From NCBI GenBank assembly GCA_016839555.1, contig JAEOUA010000005.1, positions 32,001 to 96,000 on the forward strand: a DNA stretch of 64,000 nucleotides. Reading direction: 5' to 3'. This DNA is from Promethearchaeota archaeon. GTDB taxonomy: Archaea; Asgardarchaeota; Lokiarchaeia; Sigyniarchaeales; SOKP01. Each line of letters starts with the position of its first letter. Position 1 is the first letter of the stretch. The notes under the pieces were generated by a model that saw only the letters and a list, made by a program, of their open reading frames with translations, made no database searches and had not been told where the DNA came from. The translations under genes and the position numbers were made by a program. This document shows positions 20,057 through 30,333 of this stretch, piece by piece.

Positions 20057-21439
20057 ATGAAAAATATAAATGAAAAAAATAATAAGGAAATTCATTCTTT
20101 AAGAGGTCATCTATTTTACTCACTAGGTGCTATTCCATCAGCTCTCCCCTATAATATGATTTCTGGGAGTATTTTACTATTTTATGAAACTATTGTACTC
20201 TTGGAACCATACTTATTTGGAATCGTGTGGATTCTTTATGGAATATGGAATGCTATTAATGACCCGCTAATTGGATATTTTATGGATAAAATTCATTTGA
20301 AAAAAGGTCGGAGAATTCCATATATTATATATGGGACAATACCTTTAACATTAGGTTTCATATTTTTATGGTGGGTTCCTTATCCGAGTTCAGCACAAGC
20401 TTTAATTTTTTTTCATTGCTTAATCATGTTATTCCTTTTTGATTTGGGTTTTACATTATGCATGATAAGCTGGTCAGCATTATACACTGAAATGTACGAA
20501 ACAGAAAAAGAAAGAGCTTCTGTCGTAGCGATTAAAGACTTAATAGCATTTATTTCATCTTTTGTGGGAATACTTTTACCTACATTATTAGCAGCAGCAA
20601 TTAGTTGGGAATTGACTGGTATTATAATAGGTGCTACTATACCTATTACAATGCTTCTTTCAATCCGTGGAAGTCAAGAAAAGAAAGAATATCAAATTGA
20701 TAAGCCACTATCCTTTATTTCTGCGTATAAGGAATCATTTTCTAATAAACCATTTATTATTATCGCTTTAACTTATACATTAATTGATTTTACTTTTGGA
20801 TTAACAATCATGGTTTTGCCTTTATTTGCTAAATTTGTACTTTTAGTTCCTAAAGGAATGGAAGGAATTACGGCTGCAGGCGTAGCTATTGGAGTCATAG
20901 CAAGTGTTCCTATATGGAAATGGTTTTATGCTAACAAAGGTCCTAAATTTGGTTTATTGGCAGCACTTTTATTTTATTCTCTAACAATTTGGCCCTTATT
21001 TCTCTTTTCGGACATGATAACATTAATAATATTCACCATTATTCCTGGGCTTGGAATAGGCGGTATGTTAATGACTGAACCAGCAATCAGTGCTGCTATA
21101 GATTATGACGAAATTAAAATAAAAAAACGTAGAGAAGCCACATTTAATGGTATTCTTACACTAATTGCAAGATTTTCTATTGTTCTTTCAGGAATTACTC
21201 TAATAATAGTGCAAGAACTGACTGGATTCGACCAAAATATAGAAAATCCCGCCATGCAACCTACATCAGCAGTTATGGGTTTGAAAGCTTTGGTTTCACT
21301 AGTTCCAATTTTAGGAGGTATTTGCGCCGCCGTAATTTTCTTTTTCTTCCCAATTAATCTCAAAGCTTTCAATGAAATGCAGCAAAAACTAGAAATTCTT
21401 CATGAAGAAAGAAGAGAAAAATTAAATCAAATCAATTAA
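20057..21439 (+). CDS. MFS transporter, GPH/MelB family
   Basis: WNAINDPLIG, GRRIPY, IDYDE....RREA.F.G; about 12 TM helices. Confidence 0.88.
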   Translation: MKNINEKNNKEIHSLRGHLFYSLGAIPSALPYNMISGSILLFYETIVLLEPYLFGIVWILYGIWNAINDPLIGYFMDKIHLKKGRRIPYIIYGTIPLTLGFIFLWWVPYPSSAQALIFFHCLIMLFLFDLGFTLCMISWSALYTEMYETEKERASVVAIKDLIAFISSFVGILLPTLLAAAISWELTGIIIGATIPITMLLSIRGSQEKKEYQIDKPLSFISAYKESFSNKPFIIIALTYTLIDFTFGLTIMVLPLFAKFVLLVPKGMEGITAAGVAIGVIASVPIWKWFYANKGPKFGLLAALLFYSLTIWPLFLFSDMITLIIFTIIPGLGIGGMLMTEPAISAAIDYDEIKIKKRREATFNGILTLIARFSIVLSGITLIIVQELTGFDQNIENPAMQPTSAVMGLKALVSLVPILGGICAAVIFFFFPINLKAFNEMQQKLEILHEERREKLNQIN

Positions 21440-21513
21440 ATTAGGCACATATAAAAAATTAGTTATTTGTTAATATGAATATTAAGGGGAAAAATGTCTA
21501 ACCTTCTACTCTG

Positions 21514-21713
21514 TCGAGAGCCATAATAAATTCAACTTTTTATTTTTTTAATCCATAATGATTAGTTTTTTTATATATTGAATAATATAGCTTTAACTTT
21601 ATTTAATTTATTAATAATCCAATGGTTAAAAATGAAAATAATTACTTTCCATCCTTTAACACATTTGCAATTTCATTAATCATTTCTCTTGCTTTTTTAA
21701 TATCATCTGATTC
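21514..21713. repeat. Imperfect ~200-bp direct repeat, copy 2
   Basis: Same start and end strings as copy 1; includes the 3' end of the phosphohexomutase-like gene. Confidence 0.9.
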
Positions 21714-23039
21714 TGCACTCAATAATATCGCATCTCGATATAGAGCAACTTTAACATTAGTAAAGACATCTTCTTTAATGATTTTAAGTTCATTGATAAT
21801 ATCGTGAAATGTATATCCATGCTCCTCTGCAATTTCTCGTAAACGGTTATGAAAATTACTTATCATTTCAGGAGTGGATGGAATAGTTTTATTTACTTTA
21901 ATTCCTTTGGGAAATCCTCGTGTTAGAGTGCTTAATAAATCTTTTTGCTCGGTCATTATTTTCAATAATTTTATTAATGTAAAATTGCCATCAGCGAAAG
22001 GTGCGAATTCAGGAAAATAGAATTTTAACGTATCAGAAGCGGCAAAACATGCTCGTTCTTGTTTTATTTGTCTCGATAATTCCCCAGGATAATTTTCGAC
22101 TTTTTTCACGGGAAACCCATTTTCTTTTATAAAATCTTTTACCACCGATGAAATAGCAGGAGTACATATAATTGGACTTCCCTTAGATCCTTGAATAGTT
22201 TCATCATAAGTCACAAATAGCATAAAAAGATCTTCAAAGCTTAATTCTAGTCCATTTTCATCTATATAGATGCTTCTACTCCCGTCTACATCAAAACAAA
22301 CGCCTAGATGACTATTAGATGCTTTTACTATATCCGCAGTATTTCTTATAGTTCTTATATTGGGTACGGGATAATCTCGTTGGCGATAATGAGTATTTAA
22401 TGCTATGGTTTCAACTCCAATTTCATTGAGTAATAAGGGAGTTATTCTCCCAGTAGGGCCATAGGAACAATCGACGACAATTTTTAAATCCTGTTTTTTA
22501 ATTGAATCTTTATCTATGAATTGTTGTAAAGACTTAATATAAATATCCTCAGTTTGTGGAATTGCAGTAAGTCGTCCAATTGAATTGGGTTCAATTCTTC
22601 GGATATTTTTAGGATAGCCATTATATAGATTAATAAATTTCTGAATTTCAGATGGAGAAATTTCTATTCCTTGAGCATCTAATAAGCGAATTCCCACATC
22701 TTCACTATAAAGATGCCCTCCCGAAAAATATATGCCACCACTGGCACCAAATCGCCTAATGGTAAATTGAAGTAACGGTAAAGTGCAATCCGAGAGATTA
22801 AGGAGATTAGTTCCTGTTGACATAAAACCACTGGAATATCCACGTTTAAGCATGCGACTATCATTATGATAATCTCGTCCAAACACAATAGATTCATTTA
22901 CATCAAACATACTTCCATGAACTACTCCAATCTCAGCAGCTAACTCTGGAGTAAAGACAAAATTAGCTCTTCCTACAATACGTCCATTTCTAAGAAGTTG
23001 GGATAAATCTTCTATTTCAATCTTTTCTTCAAATGGCAT
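21642..23039 (-). CDS. Phosphomannomutase/phosphoglucomutase-like protein with degenerate active site
   Basis: G.AN..FTPE, GRDY...SRMLK, LKIVVDCSYG, GVCFDVDGSR; phospho-Ser loop reads SGGHLY instead of (T/S)ASHN. Confidence 0.75.
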   Translation of the reverse strand: MPFEEKIEIEDLSQLLRNGRIVGRANFVFTPELAAEIGVVHGSMFDVNESIVFGRDYHNDSRMLKRGYSSGFMSTGTNLLNLSDCTLPLLQFTIRRFGASGGIYFSGGHLYSEDVGIRLLDAQGIEISPSEIQKFINLYNGYPKNIRRIEPNSIGRLTAIPQTEDIYIKSLQQFIDKDSIKKQDLKIVVDCSYGPTGRITPLLLNEIGVETIALNTHYRQRDYPVPNIRTIRNTADIVKASNSHLGVCFDVDGSRSIYIDENGLELSFEDLFMLFVTYDETIQGSKGSPIICTPAISSVVKDFIKENGFPVKKVENYPGELSRQIKQERACFAASDTLKFYFPEFAPFADGNFTLIKLLKIMTEQKDLLSTLTRGFPKGIKVNKTIPSTPEMISNFHNRLREIAEEHGYTFHDIINELKIIKEDVFTNVKVALYRDAILLSAESDDIKKAREMINEIANVLKDGK

Positions 23040-23131
23040 ACCTATCTATAATAAATACTTTCTAATAATAACTATTCTTCCAATATATTAATGCTTATCT
23101 TTTCTTAAAATTCTGATTCTTATAAAATAAT

Positions 23132-23923
23132 TTATTCAAAATTATAAATAGAATTTTTTGTTGCTAAATGGTAATAAATATCTTTTTTTTTAAAATATTG
23201 ATTTAATCTTTTCATACCGCGATTGATAGTTAAATGCCTGCCGCTTGTGAGCACAGAAAGAAAATTAAGGGTTTTTATTTTCCCTCTTTTTAATTTCCTT
23301 TTTAAATATAATAGAGAATCAGTAAAAACCTTGTCAATCCCAAGTGAATTTGGTGGGTTTTTAAATCCTCCTGCTTTATAAAATATTTTTTTCCTAACAA
23401 TTAAATTCATTCCGGTAAGTTCGGGATATCCAAATAAATTTTTAAAAAAATAATAAATATGGGATGCGAGATTAATGAAAAAATAAGGCGTTATTGTGAA
23501 TGTTAATGAGCCTAATTTGAAATAAATTGCTTTTCCATCATAGTATTTGAATCTCGCGCTGCAGGCAAATAAGTCTTTATCTTTTTGAAATTTTTTATAG
23601 ATATTTTGTAAAAAGAAAGGTCCTATTAAGGTATCAGCATCTAAAAATAGGAGTAATTCACTTCTAGTTTTCGAAACGCCGAAATTTAATTGAAATGCTT
23701 TACCCCTTTTAGGAGCGATATATAATTTTGCATACTGCACCCTTTTTATAAAGTTATTAATGATCAAAACCGTATTATCAGAACTTTTCCCATCAATAAT
23801 AATAATTTCGTAAACAAAATTACAATTTTGATTTTTAACAGCATTCAATGTGTCTTTTATGTAGAATTCTTCATTAAAGGTGGGAATAACTACTGATATT
23901 TTTGGCTGATCTCTTTGAGGCAT
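23132..23923 (-). CDS. Glycosyltransferase family 2
   Basis: SVVIPTFNEE, IDGKSSDNT, LN.G, LLFLDAD, GGF motifs. Confidence 0.88.
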   Translation of the reverse strand: MPQRDQPKISVVIPTFNEEFYIKDTLNAVKNQNCNFVYEIIIIDGKSSDNTVLIINNFIKRVQYAKLYIAPKRGKAFQLNFGVSKTRSELLLFLDADTLIGPFFLQNIYKKFQKDKDLFACSARFKYYDGKAIYFKLGSLTFTITPYFFINLASHIYYFFKNLFGYPELTGMNLIVRKKIFYKAGGFKNPPNSLGIDKVFTDSLLYLKRKLKRGKIKTLNFLSVLTSGRHLTINRGMKRLNQYFKKKDIYYHLATKNSIYNFE

Positions 23924-24085
23924 GGTCCTTAAATTTAATTCGCTAATTACATTAAATAGTTCTAAAAAGTTTAAATTTTTTCAATAGAACTGAAATATAT
24001 ATTTATAATTAAAAAATACTTTCATTTATTATTGCATTTTTAATAAAAAAGAGCCCCAATATACTTATAAGAAGCCACTTGAAAA

Positions 24086-25135
24086 ATGAACAAAAAAATT
24101 GTATTTTCATTACTATTATTATTATTCAATGCTATCTGTTTTATACTCTTTATTATAAATCAGTTATTTTTTGCAATTCCTCTAATAGATATCGTATGTG
24201 ATAAAATTTCTTTTTGGATGACGCTACTTTTCTATGAATATAGTATATATGTATATGGAGTCATCTTAATAGCTTATATGCTCTTATTTGTCTTTTATGC
24301 TTATGGTTATAGTTTAACATCCCGGTTTCAATTAACAGGCTCAATCTTTTATGTTTTTAGTTTATTGGGATTTGTCATAACTACTTTATTTATCTCAATT
24401 TATGCGTATATTGGGTTATTTTTTAATTATGATTTAACTCTTACTACAAGAGTTATGCTCTTCCTTCTATTTTTACCTATTATATTTGCATTTAGCCTAT
24501 TACTATTTCTTGTATGTCTCGATTATTTAATATTTCTCAATGATTTATTTACTGCCCGCCATATTTGGAAACACCGAAAACCTAAATTCGAGGTAAGAAA
24601 AGAAGGAAAAATGACATATATTGATATTAAAACAGAAGATTTTGTATTTACGCCCGTACCAATGTTAATAATTGCAAAATATCTACAGGATAAGGATTTT
24701 TCTGTTTCTTGGTTTATAAAAGGTGCGTTTAATCACGTCCTATCATTAATTATCAGATATTTAATCGGATGGCCGCGTGCTAGGAATGCATTATTTCGAT
24801 TTATGGGAATGAAAATAGGAAAAAATTGTCATATCTCTCAAAATGCTGTACCAGACCCCTTGCTTCCTGAATTAATTGAATTCAAAGATGGAAGTGGTTG
24901 TGGAATTGGAGTCAAATTATTAACCCATAATGTTATGCAAATTAAACACGCTAGCTTTTCTTTTGGAAAAATTGTTATTGAAGAAAATGCTCGTATTGGA
25001 GCGTATTCAATTATAATGCCGGGCGTTTCTATTGGAAAAAACTCTATTATAGGCGCTAATTCTGTAGTAACCAAGGATATTCCGCCTAACTCTATCGCAT
25101 ATGGAACACCTGCGAAAGTTATTAAGAAACTTTAA
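24086..25135 (+). CDS. Membrane-anchored hexapeptide-repeat O-acyltransferase (YvoF-like C-terminus)
   Basis: About 4 N-terminal TM helices; GMKIGKN, IGAYSIIMPGVSIGKNSIIGANSVVTKDIP, GTPAK left-handed beta-helix motifs. Confidence 0.8.
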   Translation: MNKKIVFSLLLLLFNAICFILFIINQLFFAIPLIDIVCDKISFWMTLLFYEYSIYVYGVILIAYMLLFVFYAYGYSLTSRFQLTGSIFYVFSLLGFVITTLFISIYAYIGLFFNYDLTLTTRVMLFLLFLPIIFAFSLLLFLVCLDYLIFLNDLFTARHIWKHRKPKFEVRKEGKMTYIDIKTEDFVFTPVPMLIIAKYLQDKDFSVSWFIKGAFNHVLSLIIRYLIGWPRARNALFRFMGMKIGKNCHISQNAVPDPLLPELIEFKDGSGCGIGVKLLTHNVMQIKHASFSFGKIVIEENARIGAYSIIMPGVSIGKNSIIGANSVVTKDIPPNSIAYGTPAKVIKKL

Positions 25136-25374
25136 CGTGTAATTGGAATTATGATTTATTAATTTATATCCAGAATGAAACTTCTCTTAAGGAAAGTGTA
25201 AATGATCTATATAGGACGAACATTTTTAAGTTTAACAGGATTAGGACGTTCATTTTTATTAATGCAGAAGAAATCCAAATTACTTCTTACTATGATAATT
25301 TTAAATTATATCTGAATTTTTTATTAGGTAATCTTATAAATTAAAAAAAAAAAGATTGGTTTTGTAGAATATTT

Positions 25375-25641
25375 TTATAAACTCATAACATAACCAATTA
25401 ATAAGTAAGATACAGCAATTTCAATAATAAGCACGATTATACCGAGAATTAAACCAGCAATTCCAGCACCTCTTGAATCATCTTTTGCTATTCCGATTGC
25501 TCCAAAAATTATACCAAGAACAGCCACAAGAACAGCCACAAGAACAGCCAATATATATCCAATAAGCATCGAAAGAATCCACCAAACCACTAGACTTGCT
25601 AGAGAAAGTATTATTCCAGCGATTCCAAATCCATGTCCCAT
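25375..25641 (-). CDS. Small membrane protein (DUF4190-like)
   Basis: GIAGIILS...LGIIFGAIG...AGIAGLILGII pattern; GGGGG/GA-rich stretch upstream of ATG. Confidence 0.65.
   Translation of the reverse strand: MGHGFGIAGIILSLASLVVWWILSMLIGYILAVLVAVLVAVLGIIFGAIGIAKDDSRGAGIAGLILGIIVLIIEIAVSYLLIGYVMSL
25515..25550. repeat. Perfect 3x12-bp tandem repeat CAAGAACAGCCA inside the small membrane gene
   Basis: Three exact copies at 25515, 25527, 25539; encodes the LAVLVAVLVAVL stretch. Confidence 0.9.
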
Positions 25642-26217
25642 TTCTTTTCCCCCCTTTTTGATTTTTTTTTATGAATTAATATTCTTCTTTAAAAATTTCT
25701 AATATAAATAATTTTTATGATAGAATATTTGATGAATAAAGTAAAATTATATTATATAAAAATATTTTTTTCAATGCATTAAATAGTGAGTTGATTTTAA
25801 ATAAGTTAGTCAATTATTTTCTTACTTTTGTTGCTCATAAAATGTGATAAATAACTTTATAATCAAGTTTTAATATATTTCATTATCATTATAAACGTGG
25901 CATTTTACATTGAATCTATTATATATATCGTGATATTAATTCCAGTAAAAAAAAATTCCATCCAATAAGCAATTGCTGGCAATTATAATTTTAATGTGGA
26001 TCCCACAAAAATTATGGCATTTGCATTTTTATTAACCTTAAACACCAAGGCACATAAAAAAGCAATGGGATAATCAAGTTTAATATCTAATTTTTTTTAT
26101 TATATTCTAATTAAAAAAATAATTCTTAATAGAACATATAATCTATAAAATATTTCACATAATGTAAAAATCAAAAATTTTTAATTAGAAGTTATAAAAT
26201 TAAGATGAAGAATTACT

Positions 26218-27702
26218 TTGAAAGTTGTATTAATTAATCCTAGTCCAGTAACAGGAAAGAATGAAAAATATTATGGACAAAGCTGGCCCCCTTTGGGTAT
26301 ATTATTAATAGGAACAATTCTAAAAAAGAAAGGACATCGAGTTTTATTATTGGATCAAGCTTCCAATGGATTTAATTATGAAAAATTAATGAGATTGATA
26401 AAAAGATTTGATCCCGATGTTCTTGGAATATCTTCCATGACTATGGCATTTTTATCAAGTATAAAGATCGCTCATATGGTAAAAGCATGGAATCTAAATA
26501 TTAAAATAGTGCTGGGTCATTATCATCCAACGGTTTGTGCTAAAAAAATATTGGAAAAATATGGTCATTTAATAGATTATTGTGTGCGAGGAGAAAATGA
26601 ATATATCTTGGCAAATTTATTAGATCATCTCGAAAAAAGTCCTAACAAAAAACCAAATGATATTCTTGGAATAAGTTATAGAAACAATGACATAGTTAAA
26701 AATACTTCTGATTGTCCACTAACAATAAATTTAGATGATCTTCCCTTTTTCGACTTTTCTCTTCTCAATAAAAAATATCATCAAAATTTAGCAGGTATTG
26801 AACTTATGGATTCTAATTTTATGGGCCCTTTTTTTTCGCGTGGGTGTCCTTATTCATGTACTTATTGCGCAGTATCAAAATTTTCTAAAAGACAATATAG
26901 AATAAAATCTCCAGAACGAATGGTTGAGGAATTCTTATATTTAAATTCAAAAGGATTTACAGAGATTGCTTTTGTTGATGATAACTTTATTATTAACCGT
27001 AAAAAAGTCCTAAAATTTTGTAAATTATTAAGCAAAGAAAATCTTGATATAAATTGGCATATTGAAATAAGGGTAGATAGTGTCTCAAAACCTCTTCTAG
27101 ATCAATTAGTTTCCGCAGGTTGTAAATCCATCAATTTTGGAATCGAAAGCGCGAATCAAAGAATTTTGGACTATTATAATAAGGGGATCACTCCAGAGCA
27201 ATCCCTTAGAGCGATTAAAACAGCAAAACAAGCTAATATTAATTTCGTTATTGGTTTATTTATGCTTGGTGCTCCTTTCGAAACATTAACAGAATGTCAA
27301 AATACCATACAATTTGCTCTTAACTCTGGTCTTGATTACTTTTTCTTAAATATTGTTGAAATATTTCCTGGAATTCCAATTTGGGAAGACTTAATTTCAA
27401 GAAACCTTATCAATGAAAATCAAGGCTGGGAAACTTCTACTAGGATAATAGATTTAACACATTCAGAAGCACAGAGACAAATGCTTTTAAGTATGATTAA
27501 AAAAGCCTATAAAGAATTTATTTCCTTTAAACGAGTGAAATGGATATTCAAAACAATACCTGAAATTTTAACTAGCTCATATAAACGAAGAATTGGAATA
27601 AATTTTTTAAAAAATATTGGAAATGGAGCTAAAACCATAGTTCGATTACGTAATATGCAACTTTCTGGCTTTGGGAGATTTAAAGTAGATAAGAAAGCTT
27701 AA
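26218..27702 (+). CDS. Cobalamin-binding radical SAM protein (class B methyltransferase-like)
   Basis: PPLG, RGENE, SRGCPYSCTYC, FVDDNF, FGIESANQRILD, PG motifs; TTG start. Confidence 0.88.
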   Translation: MKVVLINPSPVTGKNEKYYGQSWPPLGILLIGTILKKKGHRVLLLDQASNGFNYEKLMRLIKRFDPDVLGISSMTMAFLSSIKIAHMVKAWNLNIKIVLGHYHPTVCAKKILEKYGHLIDYCVRGENEYILANLLDHLEKSPNKKPNDILGISYRNNDIVKNTSDCPLTINLDDLPFFDFSLLNKKYHQNLAGIELMDSNFMGPFFSRGCPYSCTYCAVSKFSKRQYRIKSPERMVEEFLYLNSKGFTEIAFVDDNFIINRKKVLKFCKLLSKENLDINWHIEIRVDSVSKPLLDQLVSAGCKSINFGIESANQRILDYYNKGITPEQSLRAIKTAKQANINFVIGLFMLGAPFETLTECQNTIQFALNSGLDYFFLNIVEIFPGIPIWEDLISRNLINENQGWETSTRIIDLTHSEAQRQMLLSMIKKAYKEFISFKRVKWIFKTIPEILTSSYKRRIGINFLKNIGNGAKTIVRLRNMQLSGFGRFKVDKKA

Positions 27703-27765
27703 AATTTATATTTCTTAAAGCATAATTTAAGATAACATCTCTCTTAAAACACGCTGGTAATCAAC

Positions 27766-29232
27766 TTGAAATACTTTGATATTATTTTTGTTCATGCTCC
27801 AATTTTATCAGACTTAGAATTAAAAAAAAAATCAAAAATTAAACGTGGAGCATATATTTTTATTCCTATGGGAGTATTTGCCATTGCAGATTACCTTGAA
27901 AGAGAAGGATTTGGAGTTAAAATTATAAATTATCCATTAGAAAGATATCTGAATGCTCATTGGTGTTTATCTAATTATCTTAAAAATATTGAATTTAAAA
28001 TATGTGCGATAGATTTACATTGGGTTCATAATTCATTTGGTGCTATCCACGTAGTAAATGAGGTTAAAAAGGTGAATCCGAATGCGAAAATAGTCCTTGG
28101 TGGATATAGTGCTTCATATTACCATAGAGAACTCTTAAATTATTATAAAAATATTGATTGTGTAGTAAAAGGAGATGGGGAAGTCCCTCTTTTACAATAT
28201 GCTAAAGCACTTAATAACGATTTCCAATATTTAGAATCTATACCTAATATTACATATAGAAATAATCGAAATCATATAAAAGTAAATAAAATTTCTTATA
28301 TTGCAAAAAATTTAGATAATTTAAATTTTACAAATATCTCCCTCTTGGAAAATCATCGAAAATATATAGGTGATAGTAGAAAAATTATGGGAATATCATT
28401 TAATCTTGGAATTGGAAGAGGATGTCCATATAATTGTCCTCTATGCGGAGGGGGTCAGAGGGCCCAAGAGAGAATATCTGGCAGAAAAAAAGTTGTTCTC
28501 AGAAGCCCTGAAAAAGTGGTTGAGGATATTAAAACAATATTGGATAACTATCATACTAACAGCTTTTTTTTTGGACACGGGAGCTATCCCGCTAATTTAT
28601 CATATTGGAAAAAATTATTTCAACTTATCCGAAAGGAGGATTTTGATTTAAGCGCAGACTTAGAAATATGGCGATTACCATTTCCGCGAGATATGTGGTA
28701 TGAATATTATAAAACATTTAATCGTAAGCACTCATCAATTAGTATTTCTCCTCGCACAACTTCATCCAAGGTACATCAACAAGTTGCTAAGATATGCGAC
28801 CCCACTTTTAATTTTCCATTAAATCAAATCCAAGATTTAATAAAAAATGCCAACTTTTTCCGAATGCCACTACGTATCTGGCTAACTCTTGGTTATCCAT
28901 TCCAAACTCATTTAGATGTGCTTAACGATTTTCGATTCACCTTTAAATGTCTTCTCAAATATGGCACATCAATAGTAAAACCAATTACTATCATGAATGA
29001 ACCTTATTATATCTTTCCTGGATCCCCTGCCCATGAAAATCCTGAAGATTTTAACGTCTCTTTAAATCATAAATCGCTTTTACAAGTGATTCACAGTTTT
29101 AAACAATCGAAAATCTCATTCTTTTATAATGTAATAAATTACAATAATCAATATTTTTCTGGTACTACTATTCAGAATTTAAATAAGCTTTTATTCTTGT
29201 GCGCAGCACCTATGTTCTTAACGGGGTCTTGA
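27766..29232 (+). CDS. Cobalamin-binding radical SAM protein (resembles Ta0216-type family)
   Basis: PMG..AIADYLE, IDLHWVH..GA, LGG.SASY.H, GDGE, GRGCPYNCPLCGG, RSPE motifs; TTG start. Confidence 0.8.
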   Translation: MKYFDIIFVHAPILSDLELKKKSKIKRGAYIFIPMGVFAIADYLEREGFGVKIINYPLERYLNAHWCLSNYLKNIEFKICAIDLHWVHNSFGAIHVVNEVKKVNPNAKIVLGGYSASYYHRELLNYYKNIDCVVKGDGEVPLLQYAKALNNDFQYLESIPNITYRNNRNHIKVNKISYIAKNLDNLNFTNISLLENHRKYIGDSRKIMGISFNLGIGRGCPYNCPLCGGGQRAQERISGRKKVVLRSPEKVVEDIKTILDNYHTNSFFFGHGSYPANLSYWKKLFQLIRKEDFDLSADLEIWRLPFPRDMWYEYYKTFNRKHSSISISPRTTSSKVHQQVAKICDPTFNFPLNQIQDLIKNANFFRMPLRIWLTLGYPFQTHLDVLNDFRFTFKCLLKYGTSIVKPITIMNEPYYIFPGSPAHENPEDFNVSLNHKSLLQVIHSFKQSKISFFYNVINYNNQYFSGTTIQNLNKLLFLCAAPMFLTGS

Positions 29233-29236
29233 TATT

Positions 29237-30235
29237 TTAATATACTATTTTTTTATAGATTTCATATAATTTAACCGCAATTTTATTAATATCAAATTGC
29301 TTAACAGTCTTTAAACCGTTTTCGATTATTTTATTTTTCTCTTTTGGATTTTCTAATAAATAATAGATATTTTCAATAAATTCCTTATTATTTCTGGCTT
29401 TTAAACAATTTTTACCATCACAAAACCTTTTTTTAAAAACAGGTAAATCACGAATAATAACTGGTAAACCGCAACACATTGCCTCTAAAACTGCAAGACC
29501 CTCACCCTCATAATAAGATGGAAAGCAAAAAATGTCCGCGGCAGAATAAGCTGCGCGAATATCATTAATATAACCAGGCATAATCAAATTATCTTTATTA
29601 ATAATATTATTAGGCTGGATTATTGGAAAGATTCGCTTTCCAACCCATAAGTAGATATTTTCTTTATTTTTTTTTGAAATTTTAATAAAATCCATAATTC
29701 ATTTCCGAGATGTTGGCATTCCAACAGATAATATGGTAGATTTATTAATTCCAAATCTTTTTCTAAATTCTTTTCTTTTTTTTTGAGATTTTTTAAAATT
29801 TTGAATGTCAACGCCATTAGAAATCACCCTTATTGGTTGTGTAACTTTTAATTCTTTTTTTACTAAATTTTTCGAATTTTCTGTGGGACAAATAATTAAA
29901 TTCGCAAGCTTTAAATATCTAATTATGTATTGTTTCACAATTTCATGAATTGATTTTGAAAATATAAAAGAAATATCTGTATCCATGTTAGTTTGATGAG
30001 CGGTTATGATAATTGGGATTCTTGATTTTAATGTCTTCCTCATAATTCGATAAGTGTAAAGAAAATTCCCGTGAGAATGAATCAAATCACAATCCATTTT
30101 ACTCCTATTAATTGAAACATTTACATGTTTTTTCATAACTTCTGCTTGATTTTTTGCTGCTACCCATGCTCCATTAATACCAATGCCAAAATCTTTAAAT
30201 TTAATATAGTCTGATAGAAAATTTACCTTTATCAT
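29237..30235 (-). pseudogene. GT4 glycosyltransferase (glycolipid synthase CpoA/LafB-like) interrupted by one in-frame TGA
   Basis: ORFs 29699-30235 and 29237-29695 share a frame, joined as ...VGMPTSRK-TGA-IMDF...; motifs IHSH, AH.T..D.SF.FS, ISNGVD, PSY.EGEGLAVLEAM. Confidence 0.8.
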
Positions 30236-30333
30236 AACTCTTTATTTAATTCGATCTTGGAATCAAGTTTAAATAATTTAAAAAAGTATTTTAGAAAAGA
30301 AAAAGCTTAATAAAATTTTCTAAATTTTTCACT

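Noticed and set aside
19572-21713. Direct-repeat-flanked segment as an IS, transposon or provirus
   Set aside because: No transposase, integrase or terminal inverted repeats; the repeats are host gene-junction sequence far longer than a target-site duplication
25900-26075. Possible decayed membrane-protein gene on the minus strand (DYPIAFLCALVF...LPAIAYWMEFFF)
   Set aside because: Interrupted by stops, no start or recognisable family; AT-rich DNA gives hydrophobic translations by chance
29699-29701. In-frame TGA as selenocysteine or genome-wide TGA=Gly recoding
   Set aside because: The position corresponds to a conserved Gly, not Cys; no SECIS recognised nearby; other genes here end normally in TGA (e.g. 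6206, 29232, 31806, 47445)
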